Shown: positions 8,876 to 17,466 of the stretch, in pieces
How positions within the stretch are numbered: position 1 is the first letter of the stretch
Layout of the letters: each line of letters starts with the position of its first letter
Origin: Horticoccus luteus
GTDB taxonomy: Bacteria; Verrucomicrobiota; Verrucomicrobiia; Opitutales; Opitutaceae
DNA: 32,000 nucleotides
NCBI RefSeq assembly: GCF_019464535.1
Contig: NZ_CP080507.1
Span: 2,580,001-2,612,000 of the forward strand
Direction of reading: 5' to 3'
Program-made: the position numbers and the translations under genes
The notes under the pieces: generated by a model
Told to the model about the DNA's origin: nothing
The model's database searches: none
Seen by the model: the letters and a program-made list of their open reading frames with translations, nothing else

Positions 8876-11295
8876 TGCGGAGCCCGCTCCGCCGGCGCGT
8901 CCAAGACCTCCCGCAACCACGCGATGTAGTGCGCCTCGTAGTCCGGCCGAAGTTGCGCCCACGTTTCCAGGGCATGCGGCGCACCGGGAATCGTGAGCAA
9001 ATCACACCGCACGCCATTCGCGCGGAGCTTCGCTTGAAAATCGAGCGACTGCTGAAGCGGCACGGTTTTATCGGCCTCGCCATGCAGCAGCAGAAACGGC
9101 GGCAAGCCCGCGTGGACGTGATTAAGCGGCGAGATGTCGCGCAACACGGCCCGTGAACCGACGGTGACTTCGCGCGGCAAATTGAGCAGCCCTTGCAACG
9201 ACGGACTCAATCCGCCCCGCGCCGCCAAGTCCTGCTCATGATTTGTCACCGGCGCGAAGCCCACGATCGCCTGCACGCGCGTGTCTTCGCCCGCAAGGGT
9301 CGCCGCGAGACAGACGAGATGGCCACCCGAGGAATGCCCGAAAAGCGCCATGCGTTGCGGATCGCCCTTAAACTCGGCCGCGTGCGCTTTCGCCCAGCGA
9401 ATTGCGGTCTCCACATCGTCGAAGCACGCCGGCCAACGATGCTCCGGCGCGAGCCGGTAGTTGATGGAAAACCAAGTGAAATTCGCGGCGCTCAACGGTG
9501 CAAACCAAGGCGAAATATCCGCGCCGTCACCGGCCGGCACGGAATGTTTGTCGCCCCGGCTCCAGCCGCCGCCATGCACGAGGATCGCCACCGGAAACGG
9601 ACCGGCGCCCACCGGCACGTGCGCATCCAGCAACAGCGGCTCGCCGTCCGCCTCGCCGTATTTGATGTCGCGCAAAACATCGGTCGCGGGTTCGGCGCGA
9701 AGAAATGGCGCGAGTTCCGGCACGACTCGCCTCAGTTCGTCGGCCACCAGTGCGGCAAACGCCGCGGTGCCTTTCGCATTGAGATGAGTCGTATCCGGTT
9801 TGCCGTTCTTGATCGGGTTAAACGTGGCCGACTCCGTCGGACCAAGGCGCTCGCAGAGTTCGACGCTGCGCGCATACAGATCAACGAGCGGCACGCGTTT
9901 TTCCGCCGCCACCTTTCGCACGGCATCGACATACGGCGTGAGCGTGGAAACGATTTTCCCGCGACCTTCGTGGTCGAAATCGCGACGCGTGAGCGAAGTC
10001 ACCAGAATCGGCTGCGCACCGATCGCGCGCACCTCGTCCACGTAGCGGGCCATGTTGGCGAGAAACGTCGTGCCTGCGTCGGTCTCGCGCGCAGGCCCTT
10101 TGCCGGGCTGATCGTTGTGTCCGAATTGGATGAGGTAGTAATCGCCGTGCAACGCGAGCGCCGGTGGCCAATGCCCTTCCGCGCGAAAACTTTTCGAACT
10201 ACGACCGCCGCGGGCGGTGTTGATGCACTCGGTCGCGTCGGTCAGGAGTTGCTTGAACCCGCGTCCCCACCCGACTTCGTCGGTCACCGTGGAATCGCCC
10301 ACGAGCACGATGCGCACCTTGCGGGCGATGGGCGCGCGACCGGCGGGATTCCACCCATCGTGACCGCGCAACACCTCGGCCGGCGTCAACGCCGCCGCGG
10401 CAGCCGCGGTGAGCGCCTTCGCCCACGGCACGCGGCCGGCCGGATTCGCGCCTGGGCCGGTGCTGCCAAATTCGGCATAGCGCGTGGTGATCTCCGCCTG
10501 CGGCTTGTTCCAGTTGTGCCAACCCTCGGCGCGCACGACGCCGGACATCTCCGTGCGTAAAAACACCGTCTGCGCGTAATCGCGCCACGGCCGGCCGAGA
10601 TAGGTTTTCACGCCGGCGGCCCCGGTGATTTTGCCGTCGGCAAACACGAAGCCATGCGTCTGGCCTTTCGGCGTGGAAGCCGCCGTGAGATAGCCGTCCT
10701 TCAGCGCGTGAATTTCACAGCGGTCAAAATACGCCGTCGCCCCACCGAAGATGAAATCGACGTGGCCCTCGATATAACAATCCGCGAAATATTGCCGGCC
10801 GCGATTGAGCAGAATCGTGTCCTGCCAGCCGAGAAAGCGGCAGTGGCGAAACACGACGCGGTCGCCCTCCACACGCAACGCGAGCGCCTGGCCGACAGGA
10901 CCAGCGCTGTTGGCGATGGTGATATTCTCCCACTCCATGCCGTCGCCATCGATCTGCACCGTCGGCGTGCGAAACGTGCCGATGGGCTTTCCGTCGGGTC
11001 CGGGCGAACCGGTGCTAAGATCGTAAGTGATCGTCGTGGTGGCCGCATCCTCACCGACGATCCGCACGTGGCCGCGTTCGCGCTGGACGTAAATGCGTTC
11101 GTGATACGTGCCGGGCTTGACGAGAATCACCCACGGCGGCGTCGCTGGATCGGTGCGCAGCGGTGCGGTGCTGATCGCCTCTTGGACCGAACGATATTGC
11201 CCGGAGCCATCCGTGGCGACGACGGCGTCAGGCGTCGCGCGCGCTCCGAACGGGAGTAGACAGCAGGCAACGAAGACGGCGAGCCATGACCTCAT
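8872..11295 (-). CDS. Triple-domain pectin esterase: CE8 pectin methylesterase + SGNH/GDSL (CE12-like rhamnogalacturonan acetylesterase) + alpha/beta-hydrolase esterase
   Basis: Signal peptide MRSWLAVFVACCLLPFGARA. CE8 motifs (about 10345-11225): GQALAL, GWQDTILL, GHVDFIFG, YLGRPWR. SGNH block (about 9700-10325): IVLVGDSTV ... GHNDQ. Alpha/beta hydrolase (about 8875-9690): ILVHGGGWSRGDK, LFGHSSGGHL. Confidence 0.85.
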   Translation of the reverse strand: MRSWLAVFVACCLLPFGARATPDAVVATDGSGQYRSVQEAISTAPLRTDPATPPWVILVKPGTYHERIYVQRERGHVRIVGEDAATTTITYDLSTGSPGPDGKPIGTFRTPTVQIDGDGMEWENITIANSAGPVGQALALRVEGDRVVFRHCRFLGWQDTILLNRGRQYFADCYIEGHVDFIFGGATAYFDRCEIHALKDGYLTAASTPKGQTHGFVFADGKITGAAGVKTYLGRPWRDYAQTVFLRTEMSGVVRAEGWHNWNKPQAEITTRYAEFGSTGPGANPAGRVPWAKALTAAAAAALTPAEVLRGHDGWNPAGRAPIARKVRIVLVGDSTVTDEVGWGRGFKQLLTDATECINTARGGRSSKSFRAEGHWPPALALHGDYYLIQFGHNDQPGKGPARETDAGTTFLANMARYVDEVRAIGAQPILVTSLTRRDFDHEGRGKIVSTLTPYVDAVRKVAAEKRVPLVDLYARSVELCERLGPTESATFNPIKNGKPDTTHLNAKGTAAFAALVADELRRVVPELAPFLRAEPATDVLRDIKYGEADGEPLLLDAHVPVGAGPFPVAILVHGGGWSRGDKHSVPAGDGADISPWFAPLSAANFTWFSINYRLAPEHRWPACFDDVETAIRWAKAHAAEFKGDPQRMALFGHSSGGHLVCLAATLAGEDTRVQAIVGFAPVTNHEQDLAARGGLSPSLQGLLNLPREVTVGSRAVLRDISPLNHVHAGLPPFLLLHGEADKTVPLQQSLDFQAKLRANGVRCDLLTIPGAPHALETWAQLRPDYEAHYIAWLREVLDAPAERAPQ

Positions 11296-11298
11296 GGC

Positions 11299-12366
11299 TC
11301 ACGAACTCGTTTTCAGCCAGCGTGCGGCCCACTGGGGATAATCGCGCGCGAGCAGTGCGGCTGGATCGTTGACATACCAACGGTAGCCCCCGCGGCGCTC
11401 CGGCTCGACTTCGGCCAGCGTGTAATGAATGAGCGTATCGCGCCCGCCGAAGATCGGCCGGTTCGTGCCAATCTCGTAAAATCGCGCCCACAAGGGCGGA
11501 GCATGAGGATCGGCTACAATTGCGCGGTCGTGCCCGTGGGGCAAGGCAGGGTCCGGACGCTCCACCAGACGTTGCCCGGTGAGCTTCGACGTTTCAAACC
11601 ACGCCACGGCGGAGCGGACGGCATCGATCACTTCCGGCGACGGATTTTCTTCGCCCATCAGAAACCGCACGATGCCCACGCTCTCCAGACCAGAGAGGGA
11701 AACGTGCTCGTATTTGCGCGCCGGGGCGGGCTCGAACGTCAGCTCGTCGTGCTGTGCGCACCACACCGTTTTGCGGCCGTTCACCACGATCTGGCAGCGC
11801 AAGATGCACGCCACTCCACGTTGCACGGCTTCCGCGCAACGCGCCCGCAACGCCGCATCCGCCCACTGGAACGGAGCGTCTCCGCGCGCCACCGGGCGCA
11901 GCGTGGCGAGCACGCCGACCATGGCGTCGTCGTTGAACGTGATCCGTGTGTAGTAACCGGGGCGCAGCGGAAAATACTGCGGCCAGCCACCATTTGGATA
12001 CTGGGCGGCGAGCAGGTAATTGAGCCCATGGAGCGCGGCGGCGCGGAAACGCGGCTCAGGCTGGCCGGCGTCAATGCGTGCCAAGAGGCGGATTTGCGTC
12101 CACGTGGCATCGTTGTCGATCGTGGGCGCCACGTTTTCGTGATCGGCAAATTCCGCCGGCCCGGGCGGTCGCGTCATGTCGTGATTCTTCGGCCAGCCGC
12201 CTGACGGCGTTTGATAAAGCAAAACACTTTCCCCCACGGCGCGCGCCTCGGCCGAGGCATACCACGCGGCCGGCTGCCGCAGCACCGCGCGCCACGCCAC
12301 CGCGGCGCGCGCTTCGGCCGCGAGGGACAGCAGCAGCAGCGAAAGGAACGGCCGGAAGAAGCGCAT
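11299..12366 (-). CDS. Pectate lyase, PL10 (PelA/Pel-15E family)
   Basis: Motifs seen: LLYQTPSGGWPKNHDM, IDNDATWTQIRLLAR, AAQYPNGGWPQYFPLRPGYYTRITFNDDAM, WCAQHDELTFEPAPARKYEHVSLSGLES. Preferred start is the ATG at 12366 (MRFFRPFLSLLLLSLAAEARA signal peptide). Confidence 0.85.
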   Translation of the reverse strand: MRFFRPFLSLLLLSLAAEARAAVAWRAVLRQPAAWYASAEARAVGESVLLYQTPSGGWPKNHDMTRPPGPAEFADHENVAPTIDNDATWTQIRLLARIDAGQPEPRFRAAALHGLNYLLAAQYPNGGWPQYFPLRPGYYTRITFNDDAMVGVLATLRPVARGDAPFQWADAALRARCAEAVQRGVACILRCQIVVNGRKTVWCAQHDELTFEPAPARKYEHVSLSGLESVGIVRFLMGEENPSPEVIDAVRSAVAWFETSKLTGQRLVERPDPALPHGHDRAIVADPHAPPLWARFYEIGTNRPIFGGRDTLIHYTLAEVEPERRGGYRWYVNDPAALLARDYPQWAARWLKTSS

Positions 12367-12371
12367 GGCGA

Positions 12372-13811
12372 TCAGCGGGTCCGCAGGTCGACCATTTCGA
12401 ATTTCGGGGCCAGCGCGTGCATCACCAGCCACGCGACGAGGTAGGCGGAACCGCAAATGACGAAGAGCAGGGCGTAACCGGCCTCAAGATGACCGAGCGC
12501 CGTGAAGTGCTCCAACACCTTGCCCGCCACACGGGCGATCAGGATGCCGCCAATGGCTCCCGCCATGCCTCCCAAGCCGGTGACGGATGCCACGGCTTTT
12601 TTCGGAAACATGTCTGAGGCGGTCGTGAAAATATTGGCCGACCACGCTTGGTGCGCCGAGCAGGCGATGGCGATCGTCGCGACCGCGAGCCACGTGTTGA
12701 TCGCACCGAGGCGCGACGCGAAGAGCACCGTCAGCGGCAGGAGGGCGTAGATGAACATGGCGAGCTTGCGCGCCTTGCTCGCAGTCATGCCGTGGTTGAT
12801 AAACGCTTTCGGCAGCCACCCGCCGAAAATCGAACCTGCGGTCGCCACCGTATAAACCAGCGCAACGGCAATCGGCCAGCTGATCACGCCGGGAATCGAG
12901 CTGTGATCGCCGGTGAAGCCGGGATGCGTCGCAAGAAACGCGTCCACTTTGCGCGCGTTTTCGCCTTCGAGAAAGGCGGGCAGCCAGAAGAGGAAAAACC
13001 ACCAGATGGGATCGGTCAGAAACTTTCCGAGAATGAAAGCCCAGGTCTGGCGAAAACCGAGCAGACGCGCGCCCGAGATGCGCACCCCGGCGTCGGCCTG
13101 CTCCACGACCTGCTCGTCGCGGTCGCTGTGGATGTAATCATACTCCGCCTGGCTGAGCTGACCGCTCTGCAATTTCGCCGCGGGCGACGCATAGGTTTTC
13201 ACCCAGAAGACGATCCAGATGAGGCCGACCGCACCGGTGAGAATAAACGCCCACTCCCAACCCCACGCCGATGCGATATACGGCACGCACAACGGCGCCA
13301 CGATCGCACCGACGTTCGCGCCGGAATTGTAGAGTCCCGTGGCGAACGCGCGTTCTTTGCGGGGAAACCACTCGGCCACGGTTTTGTTGGCCGCAGGAAA
13401 ATTACCCGCTTCCGAAAAGCCGAGCGCGGCGCGCCAGAAGCCGAAGCTCCACGTGTGGTGGCCGAACGCGTGGCCGATGGCGGCGATGCTCCAGCCGATG
13501 AGCGACGCCGCATAACCGGTCTTGGTGCCCACCCAGTCGATAAAACGACCCGCGGCGAGCATGCCGACCGCGTAGGCGATTTGAAAACAGATGACGACCG
13601 TGGAGTAATTGAGCTCCTGCGCGGCTTTGTCGGGACCAAACACGCCGTGCTCGGAGAGCGTCTGCTTGAGCAGGCCGAGGACGTTGCGATCAAGGTAATT
13701 GATCGTCGTCGCAAAGAAAACCAGGCCGCAAATCGTCCAACGATAGCGACCAATTTGTTCGCTCAAAGGGATGCGAGGCGCGGGCGGGAGAGGAGTAGCG
13801 GTAGGCGGCAT
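12372..13811 (-). CDS. MFS transporter, ExuT-like paralogue
   Basis: Multi-pass membrane protein with FFATTINYLDRNVLGLLK and AAGRFIDWVGTKTGY motifs. It belongs to the same family as 6096-7472 but is clearly divergent, with an extra loop around SDRDEQVVEQADAG. Confidence 0.85.
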   Translation of the reverse strand: MPPTATPLPPAPRIPLSEQIGRYRWTICGLVFFATTINYLDRNVLGLLKQTLSEHGVFGPDKAAQELNYSTVVICFQIAYAVGMLAAGRFIDWVGTKTGYAASLIGWSIAAIGHAFGHHTWSFGFWRAALGFSEAGNFPAANKTVAEWFPRKERAFATGLYNSGANVGAIVAPLCVPYIASAWGWEWAFILTGAVGLIWIVFWVKTYASPAAKLQSGQLSQAEYDYIHSDRDEQVVEQADAGVRISGARLLGFRQTWAFILGKFLTDPIWWFFLFWLPAFLEGENARKVDAFLATHPGFTGDHSSIPGVISWPIAVALVYTVATAGSIFGGWLPKAFINHGMTASKARKLAMFIYALLPLTVLFASRLGAINTWLAVATIAIACSAHQAWSANIFTTASDMFPKKAVASVTGLGGMAGAIGGILIARVAGKVLEHFTALGHLEAGYALLFVICGSAYLVAWLVMHALAPKFEMVDLRTR

Positions 13812-13823
13812 GAAAAGAGGAAA

Positions 13824-16394
13824 TCAGGGGTTCGGGGCAACAGACGGGGAACTCAAACTGCGAGCTTTCCGGGCCGGCTCGACGGAGGTTCGGGTGAACG
13901 TAAGGCGACCTGCATGGCGGACGAGATCGGTTTCAGTCACGTTGTTGAACGTGCAGTCGGTGAGGCGGATGTCATCGATTGTGGCGCCCTCAAAACCGGC
14001 CACCCACAACACCCGCGGACTAGCCGCACTGGTCACATGATCAAGCGAAACATTGCGCACCGTCGGCGGGTGCGAACCCTGCGCGCCCTCCTCGTAAATC
14101 AAGTCGATCGTCAGCACCGCTTCCAGGACGCGGCCCACGGTGACGTTGCGCATGAAAACATTTTCGAGCACGCCGCCGCGACGGGCGTTGGACTTGAAAC
14201 GCAACGCCCGCTCGAGGTGCGGGCTGTCCATGCGACAATTTTCGATGAAGACGTTGCGCACACTGCCGGATATCTCGCTGCCGAGGACCACCCCGCCATG
14301 GCCGTCCAGCATCGTGCAGTCGCGCACGACGATGTTTTCACTCGGCACATTGACGCGGCGCCCGTCGTTGTTGCGGCCGGATTTGATCGCGATGCAATCA
14401 TCACCGGTGTCGAACACGCAGCGTTCGATCAGGATGTCGCGCGATGACTCCGGGTCGCACCCGTCGTTGTTCGGGCCGTGCGAATGGATTTGGACGCCGC
14501 GCACGGTGATGTTTTGCGAAAGCACGGGATGGATTTCCCACATCGGCGAACGCACGATCGTCACGCCCTCGATCAACACGTTTTTGCAGCGATACGGCTG
14601 GATGAAATTGGGCCGCAGAAAGCTGCCGGGCCCGAACACGCGCTCCGCCACCGGCACGCCGGCCTCGCCCATTTTGTTCAGGCGATCACGCGCGGCGGTT
14701 TGCAGCGTTTTCTTCCCTTTTTCCTTCTTGTTCCACGCCCACCAGTTCGACCAGTCGGCCTGGCCGTCGAGCGTCCCCTCGCCCGTCACGGCGATGTTTT
14801 CCTGCTCGAATGCGTAGATCAGCGGCGAATAGCTCATCGCTTCAACACCTTCCCACCGCGTGAAAACCACCGGGTAATCGTCGGGCCGGGTGCTGAACTT
14901 GAGCGTGGCGCCTTTCGTCACGTGGAGATTGACGTTGCTCAACAGGTGAACCGCGCCGGTGAGCCATTCGCCGGCCGGCACCACGACGCGGCCGCCGCCC
15001 GCAGCATGACACGCGGCAATCGCAGCGCGGATCGCGGCGGTGGCATCGGCACCGGGTTTCGCGCCGAAATCCGTGATCGGGAAATCATGCGCGGGAAACT
15101 CCGGCGCCTGGATGCGGGCCAGCACGGCGTCGAGATCGCCCCACCCGCGCACCGCGACGGGAGCGGCGGAGGATGCGAGCAGTTGCTGCACCTCGATGCC
15201 GGCGAGAATAAACGGGCCGACGCCCTTCAAATCGTTTTCGATGACCGGCTCGCTGACGTAATAGTCGAACGAGCCATCGCGTGCGCGGCCCTTGGAATTG
15301 GTGTAGCCGAGGCCGGCAACCTCGCAGCAGTGCGTGAGATTCACGCGTCCGTCGGCGTCGGTGCGGATGAAATCGCGAATGAGCCCGGCATAACCGCGCA
15401 AGACGGCGGGCAGATATTTTTCGCGCGGGAGATAGCCGCGATTGATGCCCTTCGCCAACGCATAGACAAACATCGAGGAGCCGGTCGCTTCGAGATAATT
15501 GCCGGCGCGATCCCCTTGGTCGGTGACCTGCCACCACAGCCCGCTGGCCGGATCCTGCCAGCGCACAATACCATCCGCCACGCGCCGCAGGACGTCGTTG
15601 ATCTGATCCACGTCCGGCTGCGTCGGCGGCAGAAAGTCGAGCGAATCGACCAGCGCCATCGCATACCAGCCTTCGGCGCGGCTCCAGAAATTCGGCGACT
15701 GCCCCGTCTGCGGATTCGCCCACGCCTGCGCATGCTTTTCATCCCACGCGTGGAAATGCAGTCCGGTCTTCGCGTCGTAGCCGTGGCGGTCCATCAATAA
15801 AATCTGCCGGGCGACGTCGTCGAAGAGCGCCGGCTCGCCGAAGACCCGGCCATATTGGGCGAGAAACGGCGAAGCCATGAACACGCCGTCGAGCCACATC
15901 TGGTCGGGATAGCGTTGCTTGTGCCAGAAGCCGCCTTCGCTCGTGCGCGGCTGATGGGTGATTTGGGCGCGGAGCGTGGCCAGCGCCGTGCGGAAACGCG
16001 GCTCGCGCACGCCGTCCTCCCAGCGCGTAAGGAGCACTTTGCCGGGCGGCATCATGTCGAGATTGTAGTCGGCCTGCTTGTAAGTGCGGATCGTGCCGTC
16101 AGCGGCGACAAACGACTCGGCGGTTTTGGCGCCGTAGTTGATATAGTCCGATTCACCGGTGGCGGCGCCGAGCTTTAGCAACGCGAGGCCGAAGAGCGAA
16201 GACGTATAATCCCAGCGCGCCCGTGGGTTGCTCCCGCCGTAGAACAAGGAATCGCCCCGGCGCGCCATTTCCGAGCGCGCGAGGCGTTGCGACCACTCGA
16301 GCGGTGCGGCGCCCGAGAATTGGCCGGGCGCCGGATCGGCGGCCCACAGAGCGGAGAAAGTCAGAAGGAAGCTGGCAAGCAGGCGGAGTTTCAT
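13824..16394 (-). CDS. Fusion protein: GH105 unsaturated rhamnogalacturonyl/glucuronyl hydrolase + GH28 polygalacturonase/rhamnogalacturonase-like
   Basis: The N-terminal half (about 15200-16330) has YteR/GH105-like motifs: RWDYTSSLFGLALLKL, WLDGVFMASPFLAQYG, NFWSRAEGWYAMAL. The C-terminal half (about 13850-15085) has the GH28 signature: NNDGCDPES, GDDCIAIKSG, GHGGVVLGSE, RFKSNARRGG. Preferred start is the ATG at 16394 (MKLRLLASFLLTFSALWA). Confidence 0.85.
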   Translation of the reverse strand: MKLRLLASFLLTFSALWAADPAPGQFSGAAPLEWSQRLARSEMARRGDSLFYGGSNPRARWDYTSSLFGLALLKLGAATGESDYINYGAKTAESFVAADGTIRTYKQADYNLDMMPPGKVLLTRWEDGVREPRFRTALATLRAQITHQPRTSEGGFWHKQRYPDQMWLDGVFMASPFLAQYGRVFGEPALFDDVARQILLMDRHGYDAKTGLHFHAWDEKHAQAWANPQTGQSPNFWSRAEGWYAMALVDSLDFLPPTQPDVDQINDVLRRVADGIVRWQDPASGLWWQVTDQGDRAGNYLEATGSSMFVYALAKGINRGYLPREKYLPAVLRGYAGLIRDFIRTDADGRVNLTHCCEVAGLGYTNSKGRARDGSFDYYVSEPVIENDLKGVGPFILAGIEVQQLLASSAAPVAVRGWGDLDAVLARIQAPEFPAHDFPITDFGAKPGADATAAIRAAIAACHAAGGGRVVVPAGEWLTGAVHLLSNVNLHVTKGATLKFSTRPDDYPVVFTRWEGVEAMSYSPLIYAFEQENIAVTGEGTLDGQADWSNWWAWNKKEKGKKTLQTAARDRLNKMGEAGVPVAERVFGPGSFLRPNFIQPYRCKNVLIEGVTIVRSPMWEIHPVLSQNITVRGVQIHSHGPNNDGCDPESSRDILIERCVFDTGDDCIAIKSGRNNDGRRVNVPSENIVVRDCTMLDGHGGVVLGSEISGSVRNVFIENCRMDSPHLERALRFKSNARRGGVLENVFMRNVTVGRVLEAVLTIDLIYEEGAQGSHPPTVRNVSLDHVTSAASPRVLWVAGFEGATIDDIRLTDCTFNNVTETDLVRHAGRLTFTRTSVEPARKARSLSSPSVAPNP

Positions 16395-16643
16395 GGGCGG
16401 GGAAAAACAAGACGCACGATCGCGGGGTGAAAAGCGGGCGTTGCGGCTCACTCGGGCGCGGAGGGAGGAGCGCAGAGAGTTACTGGTCGAAAAGAAAGGT
16501 GGAGGAAAAACTAATTCTGTCCTGAATTTCATTTTTCACCGTCCTGCGATGATCCACGAGAAATGCTCCACCCCGTCCGGTCGCGCTGCATCAGCGCACG
16601 GCCGCGTCGCCGCCGAGGGCAACGCGGGAAAAAACGACGGCGC
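16395..16643. promoter_or_regulatory. Divergent intergenic region: promoter for the nine-gene pectin operon (minus) and the rhombosortase gene (plus)
   Basis: 249-nt gap with a locally AT-rich core AAAAACTAATTCTGTCCTGAATTTCATTTTTCACC (about 16506-16540), including the small palindrome TGAATTTCA, and an inverted repeat GCGCTG-CAT-CAGCGC near 16584-16598. No consensus promoter can be assigned. Confidence 0.35.
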
Positions 16644-17267
16644 ATGAACGAACTGCAGACATCGCTGCGCCGTTTGTTCGCCCGGGACAAATTTCCGTGG
16701 GTGTTCCTTGCGCTGACGATCTTCGCCGTGGTGATTCAGCTCCATCCCGCTTGGCGCGCCGGGCTGATCTACGACCGCCGGGCGCTTCAACACGGAGAAA
16801 TCTGGCGGCTGTGGAGCGGCCATTTTGTGCATTTCGGCTGGCCGCACCTCGTCGCCGACGCAGGACTTTTCCTCATTCTCGGCCGCTTGCTGGAGCGCAA
16901 GTATCCCGTGGCGTTGCGCATTTCGGCGGTGCTGATGCCCGTCGTGATTTCCGTCGCGCTCTATACGTGCGACCCCGCCCTGGAACGCTATGCGGGCTTG
17001 AGCGCGGTCAATCTGGGCCTGCTGCTTTTCTACGCGTTTCAAGGCTGGCAGCGGAATCGGTGGGACTGGTTTTGGCCCACGATCCTCGCGATCTACATTG
17101 GCGAGGTTGTGCTCGAGGCGACACGCGGCCAAGGCCACGGCGGCGGATTCATTCAGTTCGACGATCCCAGCATCCATGTTGCCACCTCGGCGCACATTGC
17201 GGGAGGGCTTTACGGCTTCGCGCTGTGGTTGTGCTGTCGCCGACGCGCAAAACCGAACGCCGGCTGA
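16644..17267 (+). CDS. Rhombosortase-like intramembrane serine protease (rhomboid superfamily)
   Basis: A ~207-aa polytopic protein from the ATG at 16644. LIYDRRALQHGEIWRLWSGHFVHFGWPHLVADAGLFLILG matches the characteristic rhombosortase opening (YDR..I..GEWWRL.TGH.VH....HL..N). There is a candidate catalytic Ser in YAGLSAVNLGL and a candidate catalytic His in TSAHIAGGLYG. Confidence 0.65.
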   Translation: MNELQTSLRRLFARDKFPWVFLALTIFAVVIQLHPAWRAGLIYDRRALQHGEIWRLWSGHFVHFGWPHLVADAGLFLILGRLLERKYPVALRISAVLMPVVISVALYTCDPALERYAGLSAVNLGLLLFYAFQGWQRNRWDWFWPTILAIYIGEVVLEATRGQGHGGGFIQFDDPSIHVATSAHIAGGLYGFALWLCCRRRAKPNAG

Positions 17268-17424
17268 TACGCACCGCCGCAGCGGAAGCGTCGGCGCCAG
17301 GCTGCGATGACGGGCGAGGACGAGGGTCGCATCCCCAATCCCGACCCGCGAGCATCGCCCCCTCGCCTGCGCTAGCGCGGCGGACAGCGGCGGACGCAGA
17401 GTGGCGGGAGGAAAGCGCATCGCG

Positions 17425-17461
17425 AAAAACCGCGCCGGGCCGTGCGGGCACGGACCGGCGC
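17425..17461 (-). terminator. Rho-independent terminator of the giant gene
   Basis: The element starts 5 nt after the TGA (17467-17469). Minus-strand RNA is GCGCCGG-U-CCGUG-CCCG-CACGG-C-CCGGCGC, a ~12-bp GC stem, followed by GGUUUUUCG. Confidence 0.55.
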
Positions 17462-17466
17462 CCGAC

